The notes below the pieces were generated by a model that did no database searches, was not told where the DNA came from, and saw nothing but the letters and a program-made list of their open reading frames with translations. This document shows positions 1-10,573 of a DNA stretch of 64,000 bases, in pieces. The DNA is from Candidatus Latescibacterota bacterium (GTDB lineage: Bacteria > Latescibacterota > UBA2968 > UBA8231). The stretch spans positions 5,216,001 to 5,280,000 of the forward strand of contig OZ253462.1 of NCBI GenBank assembly GCA_965261395.1, given 5' to 3'. Numbering within the stretch: the stretch's first letter is position 1; each line of letters starts with the position of its first letter. Made by a program: the position numbers and the translations under genes.

Positions 1-2549
1 CCGGCATTGAAAAGCAGATCACGCAATTTATCTGCGTTTGCATCCACGAATTGCCTTAGCGTCTCACAAGAGGAACTGCTTAGGCCAGTTTGGGCATAAA
101 CCCGTCGCCACGATGGGGCGGGGGCTCGCCTGAACACATTCTCAGCAGCCAGTCGAGCGGACCTGATTAGTGGATCGATATCCACATCCTGACTATAAGC
201 CTGCTGCAGTGCGTATGTTCCCGCTAGGCTAGTGATCCATTTGTCGGAGTCGCCAAGCTCAAGCCCCTCTTCCACCACAATCGCAAGTATTTCTGGATCT
301 AGAGTCGCCGCAGCATTCTCTATCGACTCCTCGGAAATGCGAGAGGAAACGAGTTGTTGGAGAAGTTGAAACAGTGCTCCAGAAACGGGCTCCAGATTCT
401 TAGGATTTCTATAGTGATTATAGTCTCGTCTGTCCGAGGGATTCAGAGTTATGTGGACAACCAAGCCTTCTGTCTCATGCCCGGCACGACCAGCACGACC
501 AGCTATGTTCCAGTAGTCACGCAGAGGAATTCGCGAGCGTTCGCCTTCTTCGTCTGCACGCCATGTGCTGTGTATAATCACGGTCCTGACAGGCAGGTTA
601 ACACCTTGTGCTAGAGTATTGGTCGCAACAATCACTTTGTAATGACCGGCACGACAATCAATCTCAATGGCCTCTCGAACGACATTAGGCAACCGTCCGT
701 GATGAGGAGCGACCCCTTGGGACAAGGCTTGCGTGGCGATATGTTCTTCTCCCAGCCACTCCCTCGCGAGTTTGAGAGATCTGGTCGGCACCGCACCGGC
801 AAAGTGGGGATGGATCGGTTCTTCAGCCTGTCGCCTATACTGGATAGATTTATTGAGGATCACCTTGCATATACTCTCAACCCATTTTGGTTGTGTGCAG
901 AACACGAGCACGGGACCTTGCTCCGAAAACACATACGCTAACTCGGCAGCAGTATCTCCCTTACCCGGCTTTGGATACTTCCGAACCCGCCTGCGCCGCG
1001 TATCAGGATTTATGAAAGAATACTCTCGTTGCTGGATAGCTCCAGGAACAAATGAATCCAAATTTGAAATTTCTGGATCCCGCTCGAATCGGATGACACC
1101 ATTAGTACCTTGCCATTCGAATAGCGCTCGTCTTTGAATTGTTGGTCGCCAATTCGACATGACAGTTCTATCAGGCGAATCCGCAAGCCATGTAGCAAAG
1201 TCTTTCAGCGTTGAATCCGGGACCACGGCGGACATTACCAAGAAGCGGCTCGTTGGCAATCTGTTCTTTATTCTGCTTAACAAAAACTCAAACTTGATAC
1301 CGCGATTTGCGTCATCCATGATGTGGACTTCATCCAACACTATCAGCTTGATCTGATCAAATACCTCTGGGCGGAGGCGCAGAACAAGGTCCAGCTTTTC
1401 GGGCGTAAGTATTAGCAGATTGGCTGTTCGCAGAAGAAACTCCTCAAATTCATCCGACTCGTAAGAACCGATGACGGATGAAACTCGATAACCCAAGTCA
1501 TTCAATACCGCCCCCATACTCCTTTCAACTTCTGATGCCAAAGCACGATACGGAGCAACAAACACGCACTTGGCTTCGGGATGCCGCTGAAGAGTGTCAA
1601 GGATGGCCATTTCTGCGATACGTGTCTTACCACCGCTGGTAGGTAAACGAATGATAGCACTATCATTTGAATCCAGGAAACCAGATTCAAGCACTTTTAT
1701 CTGGGATGGCCATAGTTCAGTCACTCCACCAGATAGGGGCCTTGCAAGAAGAGTCAAGTAACGCCTCCACACTTCAGATTTCCTGGAATGGCGCTCAAGC
1801 TGGGACCAAGTGCTTCGCTTTATCATTAGCGGGAGCACTGATTGAATTCCATACGCGATGTTCGAGTGTAATGGAGCGCCGAGTCCAGTGAATATCTTAG
1901 TAGCTTCACCCAACAACTCCATCGCTTCACGATATGCCGGTTGAGCACCACTCAGAAAAAAACGGCACGCTTTGGATAACCCGTCTGCAAGAACGACTTC
2001 ACCCAACTCTAAAGATAGAGCATCTAGGGGCAGCTCAAGGTCTGGTGGGAACTGGAGGAGACGATTGGCAAGCTGCTCAGTAACAATTATCCTCCGTTGT
2101 ATGAACGACGCGACAAGTGCCAGGGCATCCGCCCTCGAATCGGGTTGAGGCTCGGGCAAGACTTCCTTAGCGAGATATGCTGCGTTGGCTTGGTAGCCTG
2201 CAAGTTCGTATGCTAGGGCAGCATTGAGCAGGGCGGTTGGCCTTGTTATTCCCTCGGTTAGTTCAGCTAGACTCTCCCACGCGAGAGCGAGTTGGCGCGA
2301 GTGTCCTTCATTTCTTTTTGCATAGTCTGGATCAGCAAGGGTCGCTGCCTCAAGCGCGTACAAAGCGGCGGCTGAATTTCGAGAAAAACGATTTGCAACA
2401 TAGGTCCAGTGCGGGGGGTGCTGAAGCTCGCCTATGGCCTGCAATGTTGCCTTCGACCTAACCTGAGCCAGTTCGCTCTGGAATCCTGGGTCGGCCAACA
2501 CAGATTGCATACGAGATTGCAAATCAATGTGAGTGTCATTGGTCATCAT
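1..2549 (-). CDS. Ski2-like DEAD/DEAH-box helicase, HamB-like (runs off window start; absent from supplied ORF track)
   Basis: Manual translation of the minus strand from ATG 2549 (MMTNDTHIDLQ...), overlapping the upstream stop. Q-motif ELWPSQ, Walker A LPTSGGKT, motif Ia VAPYRALA, LTPEKLD, Walker B LDEVH, motif VI AGRAGRAG. Confidence 0.85.
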   Translation of the reverse strand, partial: MMTNDTHIDLQSRMQSVLADPGFQSELAQVRSKATLQAIGELQHPPHWTYVANRFSRNSAAALYALEAATLADPDYAKRNEGHSRQLALAWESLAELTEGITRPTALLNAALAYELAGYQANAAYLAKEVLPEPQPDSRADALALVASFIQRRIIVTEQLANRLLQFPPDLELPLDALSLELGEVVLADGLSKACRFFLSGAQPAYREAMELLGEATKIFTGLGAPLHSNIAYGIQSVLPLMIKRSTWSQLERHSRKSEVWRRYLTLLARPLSGGVTELWPSQIKVLESGFLDSNDSAIIRLPTSGGKTRIAEMAILDTLQRHPEAKCVFVAPYRALASEVERSMGAVLNDLGYRVSSVIGSYESDEFEEFLLRTANLLILTPEKLDLVLRLRPEVFDQIKLIVLDEVHIMDDANRGIKFEFLLSRIKNRLPTSRFLVMSAVVPDSTLKDFATWLADSPDRTVMSNWRPTIQRRALFEWQGTNGVIRFERDPEISNLDSFVPGAIQQREYSFINPDTRRRRVRKYPKPGKGDTAAELAYVFSEQGPVLVFCTQPKWVESICKVILNKSIQYRRQAEEPIHPHFAGAVPTRSLKLAREWLGEEHIATQALSQGVAPHHGRLPNVVREAIEIDCRAGHYKVIVATNTLAQGVNLPVRTVIIHSTWRADEEGERSRIPLRDYWNIAGRAGRAGHETEGLVVHITLNPSDRRDYNHYRNPKNLEPVSGALFQLLQQLVSSRISEESIENAAATLDPEILAIVVEEGLELGDSDKWITSLAGTYALQQAYSQDVDIDPLIRSARLAAENVFRRAPAPSWRRVYAQTGLSSSSCETLRQFVDANADKLRDLLFNA

Positions 2550-3312
2550 CGACTACCTCCACTTCAAGCTCCAAAAATGCCGCGTCAGTGAGTTGCCTAA
2601 GACCAGTGATTCTTGCAATGTACACATGTAGATGTTCAATATCAAGATTTTCGTCTTCAAGATTTTCGAGGATCCGCTCATCCCATATGGTATTTTCATA
2701 TAAGATCATCAAGAGAAACTCATCCAGCTCAGCATCACGATCAAATATGTAGGCTTCGATCAATTCTGTAAGTGGATCACCCGTTTCTCGCAGTTGGCGA
2801 GCCACAAAGGTCAGGATTTCAGAATCCACGTTGTCCGCATCTTCCTGTAGTTGCTTTGTTCCTTGAACAGCTACAGAAAGGTCTGCAGAAGTGCGAAATT
2901 TCGACTCGACGAACGCTACTTTGACGAGCTTACCATCAGAAAATTTAAATGCAATACAGTCGGTTCCGGGTAGGGTCTGATTCGCACTGATTTTGTACCT
3001 GAGCTTCATCACGGGGACACGATAGCCTTCCACGGTCTTGAGATATTCAACGGTTACGGCTTCCCCAAAATCGCCGCGCCTCACTGAGGGCAGCATCCCT
3101 GCACGGGACCTAAGAATTTTGTCGCGAACTTCCCCGTATCCGTATCTTGCTGCTACATTGGCGAGGTAGTCAGTGTCCCAATATGCGTCGGTCATAAGAT
3201 CGGCGAATTCGGCAGCCGATGGTACTGAATTGGTCTCTTTGAGGTCAGTGACCTTAAATGAAAAGCTAGAACCTGCTCGTAGAGCCGGGTTTAGCCAGTT
3301 AACTATATTCAA
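2536..3312 (-). CDS. HamA/DUF1837-like PD-(D/E)xK nuclease
   Basis: GDFGE...KLRYK...PGTD...FVESKFRT motif pattern; TTG start with AAGGA RBS; directly upstream of and overlapping the helicase. Confidence 0.65.
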   Translation of the reverse strand: MNIVNWLNPALRAGSSFSFKVTDLKETNSVPSAAEFADLMTDAYWDTDYLANVAARYGYGEVRDKILRSRAGMLPSVRRGDFGEAVTVEYLKTVEGYRVPVMKLRYKISANQTLPGTDCIAFKFSDGKLVKVAFVESKFRTSADLSVAVQGTKQLQEDADNVDSEILTFVARQLRETGDPLTELIEAYIFDRDAELDEFLLMILYENTIWDERILENLEDENLDIEHLHVYIARITGLRQLTDAAFLELEVEVVDDDQ

Positions 3313-3657
3313 GGTGTCCTTTCTTGGAGTATCGAGTAGAATCGAGGTTGTCCTTCGTTTCGGTTGGCAACGGAAGCGTGATACTCATCGGCCTCAAGGC
3401 CCTACTGCCATCTGGTACCCTTATCCGGGCGCGATGACCGCCTCCAAACGCCACTAAACGCCACTAGTGGTGAGACCAGAGTCGTTTCTTTTTAGGTTCC
3501 ATGATGGTTATCTCTTTGAGGATAACCATCTGAACGGACTCAAGCGTAAATGCAGAAGACCACCCGAGGCGCTTCGTATGGAATTTCTACGTTCCGATCG
3601 CGGCAACGACGGGATTTACCGAACCGTCAGCTAATCCTCGTCAGTCCGAGCAGTAGC

Positions 3658-4542
3658 CTAGCCCATCACCCGCAACCGCGCCGGCACCCCCACCGGCTCC
3701 CCACCGCGACACACCACCGGAAAGTGCGAACCAGCCTCGGCCATAGGCGCATTATCGGGCAAATCGACGAACTGCTTCATCAGGTGCTCGCCGCTTTGGT
3801 CGAAGCGCGCCGCGCCGGTCATGTAGTGGATGGCAATGGCGCGGCGGGGCCGGGGCGACTGATTGAAGGGCGAGCCGTGCCAAGTCATCGAGTGATGGAA
3901 GGAGACTTCCCCGCGCATCACGGGGCACGGCCGGGCCTCGACCTCGCGGATCTCGGAGTCGGCTGGCGGAGTAAAGCCCTGTAGGTCCTTGAAGTTTTCC
4001 AGCAGCGACAAATCTCCCTGCGTGCGCAAAAATGCAATCTGGTTGCCCCACTTGTGGCTGCCGGGCACCATCCACATGCAGCCGTTGTCCTCAGTCGCGT
4101 CGTCCAAGGGAATCCACGCCGAGACCGGCGTCATCGGCTTGATAATCGGCCACAAGGGCGCGTCTTGGTGCCAGTGAGTCGAGCCGCCGTAGCGGGCAGG
4201 TTTGTACTGGATTTGGTCGTGCCAGACCTGGAGGTCGTCATGGCCGGTAAGCTGGCTGATCCCCCGGACGACAGCCGGGTGGTAAATTAGCCGCTCCCAA
4301 GCCGACGCGGCCTCCCAGATATTGACGATCTGCCACACCGGATGCTCGCTGACGCCGCCCCCGCCGGCTAGGTCGCGGAAGGATACCGGCTGCGCTTCAC
4401 CTGGGGCAAAGCCGTCCGGGCCTTTGGTCAGAATCTCGTCGAGCGCGTCGCTCAATTCGCCGAGCTCTTCGTCGGAGAGCACCCGCCCGCCGTTGAGAAA
4501 GCCGTTGCAGTGGAATTCGTCGATCTGTGCTTGCGTGAGCAT
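3658..4542 (-). CDS. Phytanoyl-CoA dioxygenase (PhyH) family Fe/2OG dioxygenase
   Basis: WHQD, PGSH, distal WHGS motifs; start moved to ATG 4542 (MLTQAQIDEF) with AAGGA RBS. Confidence 0.9.
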   Translation of the reverse strand: MLTQAQIDEFHCNGFLNGGRVLSDEELGELSDALDEILTKGPDGFAPGEAQPVSFRDLAGGGGVSEHPVWQIVNIWEAASAWERLIYHPAVVRGISQLTGHDDLQVWHDQIQYKPARYGGSTHWHQDAPLWPIIKPMTPVSAWIPLDDATEDNGCMWMVPGSHKWGNQIAFLRTQGDLSLLENFKDLQGFTPPADSEIREVEARPCPVMRGEVSFHHSMTWHGSPFNQSPRPRRAIAIHYMTGAARFDQSGEHLMKQFVDLPDNAPMAEAGSHFPVVCRGGEPVGVPARLRVMG

Positions 4543-4561
4543 CGTCCATCCTTTCACCGAT

Positions 4562-4589
4562 GTAGGGGCGACCGGCCGGTCGCCCCTAC
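4562..4589. repeat. Perfect 28-bp palindrome, GTAG-type REP-like element
   Basis: GTAGGGGCGACCGG|CCGGTCGCCCCTAC; overlaps the stop codon of the 4586..7072 gene. Confidence 0.75.
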
Positions 4590-7072
4590 TGCATTCGCCG
4601 GAGCAGCTCGCCCCGAGCCTCGTTGAACAGGCCAATCAGCCGCTGGCGAATCGCCTCGTCGCGGAAGACGCCGATCCTTTCGGCCCAAGCAATGCCACCT
4701 TCGAGGTGCGTCAGCAGATAATTGCCCTCCGCTGGCGCAAACGCACAGCGTCGGCCCACGTCGATATAGACCGGCGAGGAATGGGCCATCACTGGGCCGG
4801 CGTCCGTGTGGTGCGGCCCCCAGCAACGGGCCGCGACCCAGCAGGAATGCTTGGCCTTGAGCTTGAACTTCAGTTCGATCTGCTGGGCACCGGACGCGGC
4901 GACTTCGCGCGCGACCGACTCGCCATTGCAAATAAGCTCCAGCCCGGTAAGCGGCCAGACGCTGTCGGCAGTCGCTACCACTTCGACGGTGCCGCCATTA
5001 CCGGGTAGGTGGATTTCCTCGCCCATCTCCCGCCCCTCGACCTGTAGGTTGATCATCGCGCCCGTGCTGGCAAAGGTCTGGCCGCGCCGCACGGCTTGAC
5101 ACCAGTTGTCAAAAGTAAATTCCTCGCCGTCGCGCAGCTTAACATACGTGCGCGAGCCGCCCAAAATGCGGCCGTTGGACATCTTGTCGGTGCCGCCGAC
5201 AATCGGCAGCTTCTGACCCACGTTGAGCCAGCGGTAGTAGCCCTGCTCAGCCGAGCTGATCTGCTCGCCCTCCCAAATCCAGCACATCTCACCAGCGTCG
5301 GCGTGGCCCAAGACGATGTTGGCCGCGTTCTCAAAGTCGGGCAGCGGCATGTGCGGCATGATGACCAGCCCGCCCTGTTTTTTGCACTCCTCGGCCCAAT
5401 CGGCCATCAGCGCATCCACCGAGCCGCCAACCCAATCCTCATTGGCCCCGCCGGTACACATCGGCGCGACCAGTTCCTTGAGACCGAGCAAGCTGATGTG
5501 GCCAAGCACGTGTTGCCGGTTCTCCTGGCTGACCCAAACCAAGTGCTCGTCGCTGCTAGTTGGTGCCAGGCCGCCGGTAAACTCCTCCCACGAGGTAAAC
5601 AGCCGACCCCACTGGCTGGCCAACAGATGCACCACATTGAGGTCCTCGCCCTCGGCCTCTAGGTGAGCCGACTGGGAGGAGAGAAAATGCACGTGGGTAT
5701 CCCCCGAATAGTAGCCGCGCTGCTTCATGTCGAAGGCGCGTTTGACCTTGAGAGTCAGCGCGTTCTGTCCGGGCTTGATCTCGACCCGCTGGCGCAGCGG
5801 CTGGTACTCAAAACCGCGCACTACCTCCGCGTACACCGGGCCGATGGGCAAGTCGATCTGGCAGGTACCGTCAATGTACGCGTAGGGCACGCCCCCGGTC
5901 TTGCAGTCGCCGCCCATGTCCTCAAACCACGCCACATTGACGTCGGCTTGGTGGCCGTGCGGTGCCAGATAAGCTCCGTGCTCGGAGCGGAAGTGGACGC
6001 GGGTCCCTACGGGCTGGCCGGTATCCGCGTCCTCGACCCGCACGTGAACCCACTGCTTGCCGGACGGCGCGACGACCTCAATGCGCACTTTGCCTTGGGC
6101 GACCTTCTTTTCTTTCAGCACGTCGCCCCAGCAGATGCGCTCTTCGTCGTCCCCCGTCTTGATGGCGAGTTGACCTTCGGCTGAGCCGTGGATTTCCAGA
6201 TAGCCACCAGCGACCGTTTCTTGGCCGCCTCGTCCCCAGCCTGCCTCCTCGGAAGTGAGGAAATCTGCACTCGGCACCCAGAGCTGATCCCGACGCACGA
6301 TTTCGCCGCGCTCCATCGCCACTTCGGGCGCTCCTGCGGCATCGACCCGCAGCGCCACCTCCTGACGCGCCGGCCAAGCAAAAGGATCGCGCTCCTCGTG
6401 GCAGAGCGTAATCCCGGCCAAAGCTAGCGCCGTAGAGCCAGCCGCCGACACCGCGATCGCTGCAATCTCCTTGTCGGGCGCGGGATTTTCCCAGTCGTAG
6501 AGCCACCAGCCTTGGAGATCGCTACCCTCGCGCGTAAAGGTCCCGGTCTGCACCATGCCATAGCTGTGCTCGCGGCTGTCCAGCGGCACCGAGTAGAAAT
6601 GGCGGCAGTTGCGACAGAGAAAGGGATGGTGCCCCCAAGGCACCTGCACGTCGTGGATTTCAAAGCGACGACGCAGCGGCTGCTCGACCGAACTGCCGTC
6701 GGCATAGAGGACTCGATAGGTGCCAATCTCTTCGCCCGTGCCCTCGACCGTGGCCCATGCCTCCGGCACCGGCGCACAAGCGTGGGCGTAGAGGATGCGT
6801 CGGGCCTTGGCGCTTATCGGGATCTCCGCCGACGCATTCACTCCACCCCCGGCCTTTTGCGCCACCAGCACCACGGCCCGGTCAGCCCCTGCGGCTGCCA
6901 AGCTAAAGGGCACGCCCCAAAACTGCTGCTCGCCCCAAGGCAGATTCACGAGCGGAGTATGGTCGGGCGCGTCGTCGGGCGCCGGCCAGAGCTTGTCGCT
7001 TTCAGACTCAGCATTGCCGGTGCCAGCGTTATACGTTGCGCTCAAATCCAACGGCACAAACGGATCGTTCAT
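4586..7072 (-). CDS. CehA/McbA family (PHP-like) metallohydrolase
   Basis: GDTHVH, QENRQHVLGH, PHMP, GGTDKMS motifs; 828 aa. Confidence 0.8.
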   Translation of the reverse strand: MNDPFVPLDLSATYNAGTGNAESESDKLWPAPDDAPDHTPLVNLPWGEQQFWGVPFSLAAAGADRAVVLVAQKAGGGVNASAEIPISAKARRILYAHACAPVPEAWATVEGTGEEIGTYRVLYADGSSVEQPLRRRFEIHDVQVPWGHHPFLCRNCRHFYSVPLDSREHSYGMVQTGTFTREGSDLQGWWLYDWENPAPDKEIAAIAVSAAGSTALALAGITLCHEERDPFAWPARQEVALRVDAAGAPEVAMERGEIVRRDQLWVPSADFLTSEEAGWGRGGQETVAGGYLEIHGSAEGQLAIKTGDDEERICWGDVLKEKKVAQGKVRIEVVAPSGKQWVHVRVEDADTGQPVGTRVHFRSEHGAYLAPHGHQADVNVAWFEDMGGDCKTGGVPYAYIDGTCQIDLPIGPVYAEVVRGFEYQPLRQRVEIKPGQNALTLKVKRAFDMKQRGYYSGDTHVHFLSSQSAHLEAEGEDLNVVHLLASQWGRLFTSWEEFTGGLAPTSSDEHLVWVSQENRQHVLGHISLLGLKELVAPMCTGGANEDWVGGSVDALMADWAEECKKQGGLVIMPHMPLPDFENAANIVLGHADAGEMCWIWEGEQISSAEQGYYRWLNVGQKLPIVGGTDKMSNGRILGGSRTYVKLRDGEEFTFDNWCQAVRRGQTFASTGAMINLQVEGREMGEEIHLPGNGGTVEVVATADSVWPLTGLELICNGESVAREVAASGAQQIELKFKLKAKHSCWVAARCWGPHHTDAGPVMAHSSPVYIDVGRRCAFAPAEGNYLLTHLEGGIAWAERIGVFRDEAIRQRLIGLFNEARGELLRRMQ

Positions 7073-7140
7073 CGCAGTTTCCTCTTTAAGGTGAATGGCC
7101 GCTCAATATATCTCCGCCAAAATCCTCGAACAAGGCGGCC

Positions 7141-9624
7141 TTAGTGCGGCACGCCCAACTGGTGCATCCGGCGATGGATCGCCTCTCGCGCTTGCAGGAA
7201 GGGCCGCTCCAGATAGGCGAGGTGATCCGCCTCACCGTGGTGATGCGTAATGTCGTCGCGCAGATGCTGGCGGCTGTTGTGGCGGATGTAGTGCAGTGAG
7301 CCATCCACCAAGGTCAGCATGTACTGCGCCGTCTCTTGGTTGAACATCCACCACTCGCCGCCGCAGGCCAGATACACCGGCGAGGTGTGCGCCATGATCC
7401 CCCGGCCCCATCCATCGAAGTGCTGTACGCTCTGTTCGTAGCCCGGCCCGCTGCACCGCGCCGCCAGCCACGAGTGGCCCTCCACCTTTACCGCAGCCTG
7501 CAGGCGCAACTTGCGCGTCCCCTTGGCCTCTTCCACAGAGGCCACCACCCGCCCCTCCTGCACCACCTCCAGTGTGTGGATCGGCACCACCGACTCGGCC
7601 TCGGCGACCACCTCCACCGTGCCGCCATTGCCCGGCAGCCGCACCGTATCCCCCACCTCATGCCCATCGACGCTGAAGCGGATCAGCGGGCCGCCGCTGT
7701 GGAAGGTGCGACCCGCGGCCATGTACTTGCACCAGTTGTCGTAGGTGAACGGCTCGTCCTTGGGGATCTGCACGTAGGTGCGATAGATCCCCACCGGCAC
7801 ATCGCTGCTCATTTTGTCGGTGCCGCCGACCAGCGGCAGCTTGTAGCCGCAATTGAGGTAGCGGTAGTACTCGCCGTGCATGTACATCCCGTGCCGGAGC
7901 ATCTCCACTGCGTCGGCGCGACCCGTGGCAATCAGGGCGGCTGGCTCGCCGTTGGGGCTGGGCAAATGCGGGATCACCACGCTGCCGCCTTGCGCTCGGC
8001 AGCGGTCGGCCCACTCGGCCATGGGCACTTCGAGCGTTCCGCCCAGTTCGGCTTCGCCCAGGCCGTCCGAACACCACGGCATCACCGGCTCCTTCAGCCC
8101 CATGAGGATCAGATGCCCCAAAAAGTGCTGCCTATTTTCTTGGGATACATAGACGATATGATCGCCATTAGGCGTGGCCATTTCGCCGCCGGTAAATTCT
8201 TCGGTATTGGTAAACAGCCCGCCCCACTGCGATTGCAGCAGGTTGACCACGTTCAAATCCTCACCCTGCGCCTCGGTAAGGCTACCCTGCGCCGAGAGGA
8301 AATGCACGTGCGAGTCGCCGCTGTACCAGCCTTCCTCGTTCATCTGCCGCCAGCGCTTCAACCGCAGCTCCAAGATGCGCTGGCCTGGCTCGATTTCCAC
8401 TTTGGTGCGCAGCGGCTCGTATTCGTAGCCACGCGCCACATCCACGATCACTTCGCCGCGCGGCAGCCAGCCTTGGCAGGTGCCGTCAATGTACGCATAG
8501 GTGATCTGCCCCAAGCGCACATCGCCGCCCACATCGAAGTGCCAAGTCCCCATGTTGGAGTTGACGTGGGCGTGGTGGCCGTGCGGAGCGTAGGGGATGC
8601 CCTCCGGCGAGCGGAAGTGGACGCGGCAGGGCACGGGTTTCCCAGTGGCGTCGTCGATGACCTTGGTATGTACCCAGTTGCGCCCGCGCTCCACCACCTC
8701 CAGCCGCACCCGTGGCGAAGCCTCCACGCGGCCCTGCTGCCGCACCTCCTCCCAGCGGGTCTCGCCCAAAACTTCTCCGTCTCGCTTAACCTGCACGGTG
8801 GCCGAAGGATTGGCGGCAATTTCCACGTATGAAGGGCTGCTGCCCTCGTTTTGGGCTTCGCCCCAGCCCTTGCGCCCATCGAGGAAATCCTCGGCCGTTG
8901 CTTCCGGCAATGGGTAGGGATAGGTCGCAACACCCCGATCTACTTCCACTTCAAGGGCGGCGGATTCGCTCGCGTCCTCTTCTTGCGGCAGAGTGATAAT
9001 GACCTCGCGCATGCCCTCGCGGCAGATCGGCTCTTCGTCCAAATCGCTCAGGGTGATTCCACTAATGACAAAGGCCGGACCCGCAGCCTCGATGGCGATT
9101 TTTTCCAACCCCTTGTCCGGGTGCGGATTCGGCCACGCCCAGAGCACGAAGTGCTGCGCGCGCCCGGCATCGGCCTCGGTCTGGCGACGCCCGACCATGT
9201 CCCACGGGCCCTCGGTGCGCGGCAAGAGTTGATCATTCGTATCGGGCACCGCCACAAACGGCGCACCCCCATACGACGACGGCACAGTCGAGATTTCAAA
9301 GCGATCGCGCACTGGCACCTTGAGCACATCCCCGTCCTCGTAGTGCAGCGCGTATTCAGCTACCGCCACCGCCAGCGGCCCATTGTCGGCGATCCGCGAC
9401 TCCAACAGACGATGCGCCACAATCATCCAAGTCACCCGCCGACCGACCGGGATTTCCACACCGGACCGCTCTCCACCACAGGCGATCAGACAGCGCCCAG
9501 CATCGCTGCCAAGCGCAAAGGGCAAGCCGCGAAAGCATTGTGCGCCGAGCGGGCCTTGGCCCCCCAAGATGTCCAGCCCAGCGTTGTACAGCGCGTTCAA
9601 ATCCAGCGGTGTGTAGGTGCCCAT
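7141..9624 (-). CDS. CehA/McbA family (PHP-like) metallohydrolase, paralog of neighbour
   Basis: GDSHVH, QENRQHFLGH, PHLP, GGTDKMS; 827 aa; AAGGAGG RBS. Confidence 0.8.
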   Translation of the reverse strand: MGTYTPLDLNALYNAGLDILGGQGPLGAQCFRGLPFALGSDAGRCLIACGGERSGVEIPVGRRVTWMIVAHRLLESRIADNGPLAVAVAEYALHYEDGDVLKVPVRDRFEISTVPSSYGGAPFVAVPDTNDQLLPRTEGPWDMVGRRQTEADAGRAQHFVLWAWPNPHPDKGLEKIAIEAAGPAFVISGITLSDLDEEPICREGMREVIITLPQEEDASESAALEVEVDRGVATYPYPLPEATAEDFLDGRKGWGEAQNEGSSPSYVEIAANPSATVQVKRDGEVLGETRWEEVRQQGRVEASPRVRLEVVERGRNWVHTKVIDDATGKPVPCRVHFRSPEGIPYAPHGHHAHVNSNMGTWHFDVGGDVRLGQITYAYIDGTCQGWLPRGEVIVDVARGYEYEPLRTKVEIEPGQRILELRLKRWRQMNEEGWYSGDSHVHFLSAQGSLTEAQGEDLNVVNLLQSQWGGLFTNTEEFTGGEMATPNGDHIVYVSQENRQHFLGHLILMGLKEPVMPWCSDGLGEAELGGTLEVPMAEWADRCRAQGGSVVIPHLPSPNGEPAALIATGRADAVEMLRHGMYMHGEYYRYLNCGYKLPLVGGTDKMSSDVPVGIYRTYVQIPKDEPFTYDNWCKYMAAGRTFHSGGPLIRFSVDGHEVGDTVRLPGNGGTVEVVAEAESVVPIHTLEVVQEGRVVASVEEAKGTRKLRLQAAVKVEGHSWLAARCSGPGYEQSVQHFDGWGRGIMAHTSPVYLACGGEWWMFNQETAQYMLTLVDGSLHYIRHNSRQHLRDDITHHHGEADHLAYLERPFLQAREAIHRRMHQLGVPH

Positions 9625-9665
9625 GGTCTCCTCCTTTGGAGTTGTCTTGCGTTTGGGCTGATAAA

Positions 9666-10454
9666 ATGGCTTGGGGGACCGAGTTATGCAAAAAAGCAGT
9701 CAGTACAAGGGATGTCAGATTAGTTTTTCTGCGTGTTGACCCACAGGCTCAGACAATAAGCTCAATCCTCGTCCTGACCCCAGATTATATCGAGAGAAAA
9801 TTCGGACGCTTTGGTAAGCCGACGATTAAACACCAAATCATAATTCCGCCAAAAGTTAGAGATAAGGCGCTAGATCAAACTCCGCCGGGCATTTTCTGTT
9901 CAGATACGTCTGCTCTTTCTCAACATGTAACGGGGAAGTATGCTATTCCGACCTCTCCAATAGGTGATAAACCTATTTTGGATCAGCTATTTTCTTTGAA
10001 ATTGCTGCGAGAAATGCTAGTGGATGGGCTAATTGGTGAACCATTGGATCAAATGGCTACAAAAAACAGAGGGCAAGCGTTAGAGCGCTTGGTTGCTTGT
10101 CTATTAGGCTACAAAATTAGTGATGCTGAGCTTTTAGAGGGGAATTTTCCCGATATTCCCAACCAAGCCTTGGAAGTCAAGGTACAGGATTCGCCGACCG
10201 TAGATCTAGGAAAATTCAGTCCCCAGTTCAAAGAGTGCGTACCGTCCTGTCCTAGCTTAACGACGTTAGATGTCCGCTACTTGATAGCCTTGACTGATGC
10301 AGAGACGGGCATTGTTCAGGGGATAATTTTATGTCCTGGTGAGAAGTTAGGTGAGCATTTTTCATACGTAAGCGACACTAGTTTTAAGTGCCAAAGATCA
10401 ATCCCTATGTCTTTTTTTCATACGTACCAAGGCAAAGCACTTTACAATCCCTGA
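9666..10454 (+). pseudogene. Type II restriction endonuclease, probably 5'-truncated
   Basis: PD..(D/E)xK motif (FPDIPNQALEVK); convergent with and overlapping the MTase 3' end. The open frame runs back into the divergent CehA gene/promoter with no convincing RBS/start. Confidence 0.55.
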
Positions 10455-10573
10455 GACGAGAGTAGCGGCTCGACGCCAAAGGCTTCCGCTACAACAATCT
10501 CTAAATCAGTCTCATATTTCTCGGTCATATTGTCGCCTACGTCAGCCGACACCAACTTTTTCACCAAATCTAC
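10442..10573 (-). pseudogene. C-terminal ~40 codons of the MTase, separated by the IS
   Basis: Removing the IS and one TSD rejoins ...RRIVDL|VKKLVSADVG...LSSQGL* in frame (587 aa in total). Confidence 0.85.

Noticed and set aside
481-503. Short tandem repeat GCACGACCA
   Set aside because: It encodes helicase motif VI (AGRAGRAG) on the minus strand.
3446-3530. AAACGCCACT x2 and hairpin GATGGTTATC…GATAACCATC upstream of the hamA-like gene
   Set aside because: Too short to assign; not a CRISPR array or a recognisable RNA.
9540-9665. N-terminal extension of the endonuclease ORF as given in the track
   Set aside because: It overlaps the start and RBS of the divergent CehA gene; likely a fortuitous open frame.
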